From NCBI RefSeq assembly GCF_001194135.2, contig NC_068990.1:29690515-29754514 (forward strand): DNA of 64,000 nucleotides, read 5' to 3'. The DNA comes from Octopus bimaculoides. Its lineage: Eukaryota. This document shows, piece by piece, positions 25,701-38,300 of this stretch. The position numbers were made by a program, and so were the translations under genes. The first letter of the stretch is position 1. Every line of letters begins with the position of its first letter. The notes beneath the pieces are model-generated. The model saw only the letters and a list, made by a program, of their open reading frames with translations, was not told the DNA's origin and did not search any database.

Positions 25701-27173
25701 GAACATTTATCAAAAATGGTAGATCTGAGAAATTCTTTTACTGCACCCAGTATCTCTGCTAAAACAACACGAACAAAAGTTATTCACCAGCAGGAACAAC
25801 ACAGGAAGTGAATCACAAAATAATTAACATAATTTAATTAGAGAAAACCCACCGCAAATCCCTGCCCCACAACCTCACTTACCTCTTCTGTTAATCTATT
25901 CACTGAAAATACGTTGTTTGAGAGAGAAAGCCGTAAACCTGTTGGGACATAGCTGGACTGAGTATTTTCTTCGTTAAGTGAATCACCACCATCACTTGAT
26001 TGATCATAACTCCTGAAGAAGACAAAGACGAATACAAGTTTAAAAGAAAAGATTTCTTACAGGGAAGAAAATATCATCCACACCCCCAACCACATTTGTT
26101 TCTTCATATTATCTTTTATTCGTTTCAGTCACTTAGACTATGGCCATGCTGGGGTACCACCTTCAATCACATGTATCCCAGTGCCTATTTTTTTTTAAAG
26201 CCTGATACTTATTCCATCAGTTTCTTGAGCTGAATCGCTAAGTCATGGTGACGTAAATACACCAAACCCTATACCAGTACCCCAGGCATTTTACAAAACA
26301 ATTGAAACAAAATAAGTGTGCTTCTCCCTATCCCCNNNNNNNNNNNNNNNNNNNNNNNNNNNNNNNNNNNNNNNNNNNNNNNNNNNNNNNNNNNNNNNNN
26401 NNNNNNNNNNNNNNNNNNNNNNNNNNNNNNNNNNNNNNNNNNNNNNNNNNNNNNNNNNNNNNNNNNNNNNNNNNNNNNNNNNNNNNNNNNNNNNNNNNNN
26501 NNNNNNNNNNNNNNNNNNNNNNNNNNNNNNNNNNNNNNNNNNNNNNNNNNNNNNNNNNNNNNNNNNNNNNNNNNNNNNNNNNNNNNNNNNNNNNNNNNNN
26601 NNNNNNNNNNNNNNNNNNNNNNNNNNNNNNNNNNNNNNNNNNNNNNNNNNNNNNNNNNNNNNNNNNNNNNNNNNNNNNNNNNNNNNNNNNNNNNNNNNNN
26701 NNNNNNNNNNNNNNNNNNNNNNNNNNNNNNNNNNNNNNNNNNNNNNNNNNNNNNNNNNNNNNNNNNNNNNNNNNNNNNNNNNNNNNNNNNNNNNNNNNNN
26801 NNNNNNNNNNNNNNNNNNNNNNNNNNNNNNNNNNNNNNNNNNNNNNNNNNNNNNNNNNNNNNNNNNNNNNNNNNNNNNNNNNNNNNNNNNNNNNNNNNNN
26901 NNNNNNNNNNNNNNNNNNNNNNNNNNNNNNNNNNNNNNNNNNNNNNNNNNNNNNNNNNNNNNNNNNNNNNNNNNNNNNNNNNNNNNNNNNNNNNNNNNNN
27001 NNNNNNNNNNNNNNNNNNNNNNNNNNNNAAAAAAAAAAAAAAAAAAAATATAAAATTCACCAGTCGTAGTGAAGATAATTTGTCAAGGAGAAGGAAATCT
27101 CTGAAATAAAAAAACTGTTCAGCAAGGACTTGTAACCAGCTGATACTATTTTGTACAGAAAAAAATTGACTGA

Positions 27174-27209
<36 letters not shown>

Positions 27210-30200
27210 GTTAAACGTCCGCTTTCCATGCTAGCATGGGTTGGACGACTTGACCGAGGACTGGTGAAACCGGATGGCAACACCAGGCTCCAATCTAAAT
27301 TTGGCAGAGTTTCTACAGCTGGATGCCCTTCCTAATGCCAACCACTCATACATACAAATATATATATATCATCATCGTCGTCCTGAAGGCTGTACCAGGC
27401 TCCAATCTGATCTGGCAAGGTTACTACAGCTGGATGCCCTTCCTAATGCCAACCACTCTGAGAGTGCAGTGGATGCTTTTTATGTGCCACCAGGTGGTAC
27501 TGGCATTGACCACGCTTGAATGGTGCTTTTTACATGCCACCAGCACGGGAGCCAATCAGGCGGCACTAGCATCAACCATGGTCGTGTATACATATTATAT
27601 ATATACATGCACTCACTCATGCATATATATATATATATATATATATGATGATACATATATATAATTATGATGAGCTTCTTTCAGATTCCATCTACCAAAT
27701 CTACTTTGAAGGCTTTGGTTGGCCTGTGAGAATAATAGAAGACTCTCGTCCAAGATGCCATGCAGTGAGACTGGATCTGGAACCATGTGGTAGAAGTGGT
27801 CTTCTCAACCACATAGCTATGTCTGCACACATGAGTGTGTGTGTGTGTGTGTGTGTGCATGCACAAATCAAAGACCTCTGCAGGTTAAGTCCAGCCATGT
27901 ATCCATACCTGGAATGCCCCTCACCAGGGTGCATGGCCATGAAGAAGCCCTTTCCTTCTCAATGGTACTGATATTAGAAGTACCATTGAGAGGACCAAAG
28001 GCAATATGGCTCTAGCAATTCTGTGAACCAACTCTGCCCCAGAGTGGAACTTCATTTTAGTGATTGATCCCAGAAGGACGAAAGGAAAACCTGAATATTG
28101 TCACCACCACCATTATCATCATCTAAACTCTGTTTTCTATGCTGGCATATGTCGAACAGTTTGACAGGAGATGGCAAGGCTGGAGGGCTGCCCCAGGCCG
28201 CAATTGTTTGTTTCAGCATGGTTTCCATGGTTGGATGCTTTTCCTCATGCCAACCACTCGACAGTGTGTGGTGGGTGCTTTTGATGTGCCACCAGCACAA
28301 GTAGTTTTATGTGGCACCAGTGCCAATGCCTTTTACATGGCACCAGCATGGGTTTTTTTTATGTGGAACCAGCACAGGTAACTTTACACGGNNNNNNNNN
28401 NNNNNNNNNNNNNNNNNNNNNNNNNNNNNNNNNNNNNNNNNNNNNNNNNNNNNNNNNNNNNNNNNNNNNNNNNNNNNNNNNNNNNNNNNNNNNNNNNNNN
28501 NNNNNNNNNNNNNNNNNNNNNNNNNNNNNNNNNNNNNNNNNNNNNNNNNNNNNNNNNNNNNNNNNNNNNNNNNNNNNNNNNNNNNNNNNNNNNNNNNNNN
28601 NNNNNNNNNNNNNNNNNNNNNNNNNNNNNNNNNNNNNNNNNNNNNNNNNNNNNNNNNNNNNNNNNNNNNNNNNNNNNNNNNNNNNNNNNNNNNNNNNNNN
28701 NNNNNNNNNNNNNNNNNNNNNNNNNNNNNNNNNNNNNNNNNNNNNNNNNNNNNNNNNNNNNNNNNNNNGTGTTCAACTGGGCAACAATAAGCTGTACTCG
28801 TATTTGAAAGGGGCCAGCCTTGTCTCACTCTGTGTCATGTTGAATCTACTCGAGAACTACGTTAAGGGTAAGCGTGTCTGTGGGGTGCGCAGCCACTTGC
28901 AGGTTAGGGTGGCGAGCTGGTAGAAACATTAGCAAGCTGGGTGAAATGCTTAGCGGTATTTCGTCTGTCTTTACGTTTTGAGTTCAAACTCTGCCGAGGT
29001 CGACTTTGCCTTTTATCCTTTCGGGGTCAATTAAATAAGCACCAGTTACGCACTGGGGTTGATGTAATCGACTTAATCCCTTTGTCTGTCCCCTCTATGT
29101 TTACCCTCCTGTGGGTAATAAAGAAATAAAATTTCACGAGCAGGCTGTTCCATTGATTGGATCAACTGGAACACTTGTCATCATAACCAATGGAGTGCCA
29201 CTTTTTTTCCTTCTTTGTGTATGTGTGTACACGTTTGTGTATGTGCATGCATGTGTGTGCACGGACTACTCACATGGGTTTGATAACGACTGCAAACACT
29301 GCACCAAGCTTGCATCACCTGCTCTGATGTTAAACTGTGCAACAAGATGTTAGAGAATGAAATGACTTGAGGAGGTTCATCTGTAAAAAAAAACAAAACG
29401 AAAATCAGTGGTTTGTGGGAGGGTGGGGTCTTTTTTATCTTTTGTTTCAGTCATTAGACTGTGGCCATACTGGGGCACCACCTTGACATGTTATTAGTTG
29501 AACAAATTGACCCTAGTACATTTATTTCTTTTAAAACCTGGTACTTAGTCGCTTGGTCTCTTTTGCCAAATTGCTAATGTTACAGGGACATAAACAAGTA
29601 CTTTAATTAGGTCTGTTTATTCAGATTGTTTTGAATTAATCCTGCATTATCTCATGGCTTTGAGATTTTGATGATGTGATTGTTTATTTTTCAGAATGAC
29701 ATTGTAGGGTAGGTGTGAGAGATCAGATCTGCCCTGTTTGAATATAGAACATGTATGACGTTTAGGCTTAATATGGGTGGTTTAAATGCTAAAAGATTAA
29801 GTTATGAAAGGGGCCACACAGAAGAAACAGAAAATAGCAGAAGTGAGATGGAAAAGGACAACAGGAAACAAAAAAAACAAAAAAAAAACAAAGGATAGCA
29901 GAAAAGGAAGCAAAATAAGATTTGTAGATGAGAGAAGATTAAAGAAATATGACTGACCTGTGTTTGATGATGGATATGATAAGTTGGTGAGGGTAGGATA
30001 AGAGGTTCTGTGAGTCTCATGGCCACAACGACATCGTAGAAGTGTTTCAATCTCAATTCCAAACAACTGACTTACTATAGAAACTTCTGGCTCAGATTTG
30101 GGTGGACTAAGTAAAAAAGAACAATAAATATCAACATCATTTCATCATCATCATCATCATTATTATATTAATGTGAACTTTTCCATAGATGCATTGAGGT

Positions 30201-33200
30201 TGACTTTCTACAACTGGATGCCCTTCCTGCCAGCCCTCAAACTGCCCAAACAGCATGGAAAGCAGACGTTAAATGACAATAATGATGATGAATCTTCCTT
30301 GAAAACATGTCTCACTATTGATCTGTTTGTTATTGAAAAGATAAGGGGAAATATTCCATTGTTTGGAAACAGGTGACACTTGCGGATAGGAAGAACATCT
30401 GACATAAATCAGCCTCATTAAGTTTCTGTCAGATCCATAACAGCAGAGAAAAATGATGATGATGGTATATATTTTGCAGCGTCCTTCCTTCAAATGCGAC
30501 TGCCCCCCATAAAATATTGGTCACTTCAAGATGTCATACAATGGAATCAAACCTGGAATCACATTGCTGTGAAGTGAAATTTTTGCCAAGGTTGACTTGG
30601 CCTTTCAATGCTCCAGAATTGATAAAATAAAATACCAGTTAACTACTGGGGTCAATGGTACCAGATGACCCCTTCTCTCAAGATTGTTAGCCCTGTGTTT
30701 ATTAGTTGAGGACTCGGGTTTGTTCTTGTACTTGGTAGAATTTATGTGGGTAGTGGGTTGTTATTAAGGCAGCGGCTGACTGGCTGGCAGAATGGTTAGC
30801 ATGTAAGGTAAAATGCTTAGCAACACTTCACCTGTCTTTACATCCAGAGTTCAAATTCTGCAAGGTCCACTTTGCCTTTCATCCTTTTGGGGGCCGATGT
30901 AATCAACTAATCTCCTCTCTCTAAATTTAATGATCTTGTGCCAAAATCACAAACAATTATTATTATTCTAATGTTTTAACCTTTACCTTTCTGGAATAGC
31001 TTCACTGCTTTGATCTAGGATATTTGCACCTTGTGGAATGTTCTCCTGTATAGGGCAGGGTTCTGTGTAGACAGGTATGGAGTAATAATCTGCTATTTCC
31101 TGCTGGCAACCTTCAACAGGAATCGCACCTTCAGGCATGGCATTCTGGTAGATTGGGCCTCGAACACAGTATTCCTGAAATTTAGAGATTTACAGAGGTT
31201 TCAGTAAATTGTGAAGGCAACAAGGGTAAAATGGCTGGACTGGTGGAGAATTTGATGGAATCAGTTCTTTAAATGAGAGAGAAAGAGAGAGAGCTTGAAT
31301 AAGTAGAAATGATGAGTTAAATCAGGATAGCTAAGTATGTATGACCTGTTAATAGGTTGAATGTGGGACTGAAGAAAGAGCAATAACTCCTGAAATATGA
31401 ATATACACCCATTTTCTATTTTTCTATCTTTGACCACATTGTTTCCACAGACATATTCGTAATAAGGAATGTCATAACTTTCAGTGCTGGCTCTAATTTC
31501 TAAAGAAAATCTGTAGAGAGACACTTTAAAAAGGAGACTGTATACGGCTTGTAGAGCTCTCACTAACCATTTGTATATCCTTAGTTTCTGCATTGACCAC
31601 CATATATATATGTATATGCCTGTGTATATAAGATGTGGATGTGAAAGTACAGCTATATAAACTTAAGCATATATGCGTGTATGTGTATGTTTTAATAAAA
31701 TGAGAAAGCTGGAGGTGAAATGTGCAAAAGAAAAGTTTGATAGACATACAGAATGAACTTGTTGGTGCAAAAAGCGTTGCCAATTCTGGATGAGGCGAGT
31801 GAAGTTTGCTTTGCCCTGCAGCTGGTCATGGTCACCAATGATAAGCTCAAGAGCTGAAGCTTCCGGAATTGTACGGAAAGCTCGGAGAAAATTATTGGCC
31901 TGCAAATGAAATATAGAATAACAGTAAAGTGTTCATGAAACTTTATCAATCAGCCATTCCCAGCAGCAACACACACACACACATATTGCTCTTTTTACCC
32001 TACTCTCTCTCTCTCATCTGCTCTCTTTATCTTACTCTCTCCTTTCTCTTCCAACTGGGGTATTCACCTATCCACTCAACAGCAAGAAGACACCTACCCA
32101 TGTCCCTCTATACCTCTAATCTCTCAACTGGCACAAATCCACTCCATCTTTAATACTACTCTCCATGTCCCAGAATTTCGTCTTGCAACTTGTTCGGTGA
32201 CCCTGTCAGTGCTGGTGCCACTTAAAAAGCACCCAGTACGTTAGATGGCAGTCCTGGTTTAGGACTAATGTTGCTGTAATTTAGTCCCAGGAGACATCGT
32301 CTCCAGCTGGCTATACAATTCCTTTGTTTGAAAATATAAGGACACAGATCATGTCGTATAGCCAGCTGGAGACAATGTCTCCTGTGGCTAAATTACAGCA
32401 ACATTCGTCCTAAACCAGGACTGCCATGTTATGNNNNNNNNNNGACAATGTCTCCTGTGGCTAAATTACAGCAACATTCGTCCTAAACCAGGACTGCCAT
32501 GTTATGTTGGCAAACAATCTTTACTACAAAGTACTGTTGCTGAATATCTCACATAAGATTTAAAAATAATAATTTTCTAAGGCTTCTTTTAGTTTCTATC
32601 AACCAAATCCATTCACAAGGCTTTGGTCGACCATAGGTTATAGTAGAAATTACTTGCCAAAAGTTTCACACAGTGGGACTGAACTTAGAACCATGTGGTT
32701 GGGAAGCAAGCTTCTTACCACATAGCCACACCTGCACCTATAAAAAATAAGTAATGGGTGTATATGCACATTTCATGAGTAATTGCACTTTCATCAGTAC
32801 CACATCCGTATGAAAGGAATATTAAAACAATCTAACAAAAAAAAAAAAAAGACCATAGCAGCTATCATTCTTGCTCCAATTGAGAGGAAAAAAAACTAAA
32901 ATTCCTGAAATGAAAATGTGGAACATTTTGTCAGTTGAGCAATTAAATGACTTGCCATTTGGGTGGGGAGGTCACAAAACATTTTCTGTAGTAATGTTTG
33001 AATTAATGACCAGGTGTTCAGTAGTTCAATCCTCTCACTCTCTTCCCAGAAGTAGAAAAAAATATAGAAACCAAAGTGAATAATACCTGGCAGGTTTGTC
33101 CCTTTTGTTCATCTAACATATGGAAAAGAAAGCCAAGCTCACATGCCAAACAAAACTCTCTTTCACAGAGATGTGACTTCATTGCACATCGCAGAGGCTC

Positions 33201-33565
33201 AATGAAATACAAAACCTGCAATATCAAAATAATACACAGTTAAAATATTACAACAACAATTGCTTCAAATTTTAGCACAAGGTCGGCAATTTTGAGGGAA
33301 GGGGGTACATATCAATTACACTGACCCAAGGGCTCAACCGGTGGTGATTTTATTGAACCCCACACCTGCCGAAAGGATCAGAAGTAAGGTTGACTTCAGT
33401 GACACTGAAGAGGAAGATGTTATTAGCTTCGTCTACAGATAACTGATAATAAAAAATAGTTTTATATATATATATATACATACACACATATATACATATA
33501 TATATATACACACACACATATATATATACATATATGTATACACATACACACATAGACACGTATAA

Positions 33566-33618
<53 letters not shown>

Positions 33619-35359
33619 CACACATGCATATACACACACACACACACACACATATATGTATATGCCACGACTGCGATTTTGTTCAGCTTGATGGGTATTC
33701 TTCTCAAGCATGACATAATGCCAAAGTGACAAAGCTGTCCCGAAGTGAATGGAATATATTCAAATACAATTAAAGGATAAAAATCATTAAAAATTTCATC
33801 AGTGATCAGCATATAAAATAAACCTATTTAGGTAAATTCAGGGACAGCTGAGACATTTCTGTACTATTCTGACTAATTACACACATGTTGAGATGGACTA
33901 TGAAATTTGATGCATATATATTTGTGATATTATGCATAACTGCAGTTTTGCATGCGCCTTTCTGTGGGTATGTATAAATATTTCATTTATTTCACTCAGT
34001 ATGTCTTGCTGATGAAGGAAAATTTATTAAACTAATCCAGAAATTGATCAATCCAAAACTATCTGAATTATTTTATGATCAACCTACTTCCTCGCTTTCA
34101 ACATGTGTACCATAAAAACCCATGTAATTTGCACACCTGTGTAATTTACGCAGGTGATTTTCAAGATAAAAATTGTTAAAAAAAGCTTCTACTCGTGTAA
34201 AATTCACACCCAAAAGTTTTCAGAATTGCCGATATGGCTAGGGGAGAAATGGTTTTCAATTTAGTTGTATGTAGCATAATTTCACTTACTTATGATTAGA
34301 TTTTATTAAATTTTCATTAATTAAAAATAATTTCTGTTTAACAGGTATCACATTGAAAGCTATTAAATTACAAAGTGTTTGTCTTGTTTATAATAAACTT
34401 TATTTTACATTTCTTGTTCACAAGAGATTATGTCCGATCTTTAGCATACATCTGTATGTCTTCTCAAATCACAATCACAGGAAAAGTTGTTGATAATTCT
34501 TATCAACAAAAACAAAGCTGATAAATACGCACAAGTGTTGCAAAATAAGTTTAATTACCAATAAGCATCAGCTTGGGTGACACTTTACTCAACCGATAGA
34601 GGAAGGTAACCGATCAAACTGATCATGTAAACAAACTTTTGATTGGTCGAAAGTGTCTTCTTGTCTCTAGCTCTGATTTTCTGCCTATTCTTGTCGGAAC
34701 CTTTGATATGGAGTATTGAAATTTTAATCCCTTTCATACTTATAAAATATCAAGCAAACTTAGAAATTTGTCATTACCGTTTTAGCCTGGAGACTAAACT
34801 ATTTAATGACAGCTGGTGAAAAGCTGTCATTAAATAGATTATTGGACACTTCATCTATCCTGACTAGACTTAAGATGAATACTGGAGTGGTTTCCCATTG
34901 CCTTCTCCAGGCAGGTGGGATTTGAACTCAGAATGTAGAGAGCCAGAAGATATATTGTAAAACACTTCTGCCGAAATGCTAACGATTCTGCCACTCTCCC
35001 ATCTGCAGAGCAACGTGGAATGAAGTGTTTTGCTCAAGAACACAATGCACCACCCGATCCAGGAATTGAACACACAATCACTAGGCCTTGAGCCTTCACT
35101 GTAACAACAATTAAAGAAGAGTAATTTAATAAGGAACTTCATGACTGACCTGTAGCATTCCATTGCAATAAGCGTTAGGAATTTGGGTTTCTAAACCAGC
35201 AAAATTGGTTTTGTTATAATAGCGAAATTCAAAATCGTCAATGCCAAGCTTGGAGTATTTTATTTCAACTTTGCGATATCTTTTAGGTATATTGACCAAA
35301 GCATCATCTGTAGAGAAAGTAGTGTGAAAATATATAATGCATGCAAGTGTATGTACACA

Positions 35360-35393
<34 letters not shown>

Positions 35394-38300
35394 ACCACAT
35401 ATACATACATACGTCATTATCATTTAATGTCTGTCTTCCATGCCTGACATGACATGGGTTTAGCAGTTTGATAGGATCCCATAAGTAGGACTCCATTATG
35501 CTCCAATTCCTGCTTGGACATGTTTTTTATGACCGACACGCATATGTTTTTATATATATATATATATATATATAAACACATACACACACACACCTGTTAT
35601 CTATTCTATAGAAATACATAAATGCACACATAATTACGTATAAATATACAAATATACACACACACACACATTCCTACATTTGCTCAAATACAAAGAGTTA
35701 TACCTCTGCCATTAGAAGATTCAGGGATCGATTTGTTGTAGTTATTGCTCTCATTTTTCAGATCATAGGGTACCTGATTTCTGTGGGTGGTGCCTGGATT
35801 GGGGGCATACCCCACATTGTGCCTCATCTTCATGGTACGCAGCAATTCTGGTTCCACTGGTTTGTGGGCCCTAAATTACAAGAAGGCACAGTATATAGCT
35901 TGGTAGAAATAACCAACTAAAACACCACACATATTCATATATGTAAACATAGCTCAAACATGGATCCATGCACAGATACATTCATACATACATCTAAAAC
36001 AGTGGCCTTGAACAGCAGCTCCCAGGGTCACGTGTGGCCCTTGACTGTCTTCCCTCTATGTAATAAATTTTTCTTTAATTGACTTGTGTTTTCCTTTTTG
36101 TAGTACAGTCCCTTAAAAAAATCCAGGCCCTTTATCTGACCTGCATATTAAAAAGGTTGAGAACCACTGATGTAAAATGTTGTTTCAAGCTGTTTTGCCT
36201 CCAATAATTTGCGGACCTAATCCTACCTACATCAGNNNNNNNNNNNNNNNNNNNNNNNNNNNNNNNNNNNNNNNNNNNNNNNNNNNNNNNNNNNNNNNNN
36301 NNNNNNNNNNNNNNNNNNNNNNNNNNNNNNNNNNNNNNNNNNNNNNNNNNNNNNNNNNNNNNNNNNNNNNNNNNNNNNNNNNNNNNNNNNNNNNNNNNNN
36401 NNNNNNNNNNNNNNNNNNNNNNNNNNNNNNNNNNNNNNNNNNNNNNNNNNNNNNNNNNNNNNNNNNNNNNNNNNNNNNNNNNNNNNNNNNNNNNNNNNNN
36501 NNNNNNNNNNNNNNNNNNNNNNNNNNNNNNNNNNNNNNNNNNNNNNNNNNNNNNNNNNNNNNNNNNNNNNNNNNNNNNNNNNNNNNNNNNNNNNNNNNNN
36601 NNNNNNNNNNNNNNNNNNNNNNNNNNNNNNNNNNNNNNNNNNNNNNNNNNNNNNNNNNNNNNNNNNNNNNNNNNNNNNNNNNNNNNNNNNNNNNNNNNNN
36701 NNNNNNNNNNNNNNNNNNNNNNNNNNNNNNNNNNNNNNNNNNNNNNNNNNNNNNNNNNNNNNNNNNNNNNNNNNNNNNNNNNNNNNNNNNNNNNNNNNNN
36801 NNNNNNNNNNNNNNNNNNNNNNNNNNNNNNNNNNNNNNNNNNNNNNNNNNNNNNNNNNNNNNNNNNNNNNNNNNNNNNNNNNNNNNNNNNNNNNNNNNNN
36901 NNNNNNNNNNNNNNNNNNNNNNNNNNNNNNNNNNNNNNNNNNNNNNNNNNNNNNNNNNNNNNNNNNNNNNNNNNNNNNNNNNNNNNNNNNNNNNNNNNNN
37001 NNNNNNNNNNNNNNNNNNNNNNNNNNNNNNNNNNNCTATGAGTTATCTAACCTGGAGTAAGTATCCTTTTTACTACAATCTTTTACTTTAAAGACATTAA
37101 TCTAACAGCAAAATAAAAAACAAGGTAGATTAGGCTCAATGTCTTTGATAATATATCTGCTTTATTATGAATGACCTGGAGATTAAGAAATGACATCAGT
37201 TACAACACTTAGGCTTGAACCAATGAGAGTGCTGCAATGTGGTCATGTGATCAGTACATGTCTACAGTTAACTCTCATTTCACATCCTACTGTTTTAAAT
37301 AAATGAGAAGGCATATTGGATAATGTGGCCCTAAATACACTGTGTTTGTTAAAAAGATGGTATGGGCATGGATGGACAACATCTGACTATAAATCTGCTG
37401 CTAGATGAAGGAAGACCCAAGAGAAAAAAACAACAACAAAATGTACAATATGAGGGAAATGACTGTACTAACCTGTAAACTTTTTGACAGAGTTGTGCTG
37501 GCCAATCAGAGAGCAGAGTCACTCCACTGGGGTATGTCATGGGGATGATGGACAAGGGTGCAAGCTCATCATTGATGTGCATAGGGGTGACAGGTTCAAC
37601 CTAAGTAAAAGTATTTTAAAAGATTAAAACATTGTTTTAGTAGTTATTATATTAGCTGGCAGAATTGTTAGCCCACCAGTCAAAATGCTTAGCAGCTCTT
37701 CCTGCAGCTGAATGTTCTGTGTTCAAATTTCACCAAAGTTAACCTTACATTTCATCCTTTAAGGGTCAATAAGTACCAGTTAAGCACTGGGGTTGATTTA
37801 ATCAATTTACCCATGCCATCAAAAATTCAGGCCTTTCCTACAGTTGGAAGGATTATTATTATTATTATTATTATTATTACTAAGGTGAGCTGACAGAGCT
37901 GTTAGAATGCTGGGCAAAATTCTTAGGGGCATTTCGTCTTCTTTATGTTCTGGGGTCAAATTCCACCAGGGTTGACTTTGCTTTTTATCCTTTTGAGATC
38001 AATAACTTAAGTACTAGTTGAAGTACATGACCCACTCCCTCCCACAAAATTCCAGGCCTTGTCTATAGTAAAAAGGATTATTATTACTACAAAAAAAGGT
38101 AGGTTGTCAGAGTGTTGGACAATCAGCCTTCTGCCATTTATATTCTGGTTTCAAATCTCATAAAAGTTAGCTTTGTCTCTCATCTCTCTAGTGTCCAAAA
38201 AAAAAAAAGATACTAGTGCTTCAGAAGACCCATCAAGCCAAGTGAAATCATAGTCGTGGCTGATGCTGGTGCCACATAACTGGCACGTAAAAAGCACCTT

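Noticed and set aside
26269-27109. Long ORFs in the track here and at 28307-28923, 36177-37091, 50953-51291 and 58368-59251
   Set aside because: They are runs of X across N-gaps, not coding evidence.
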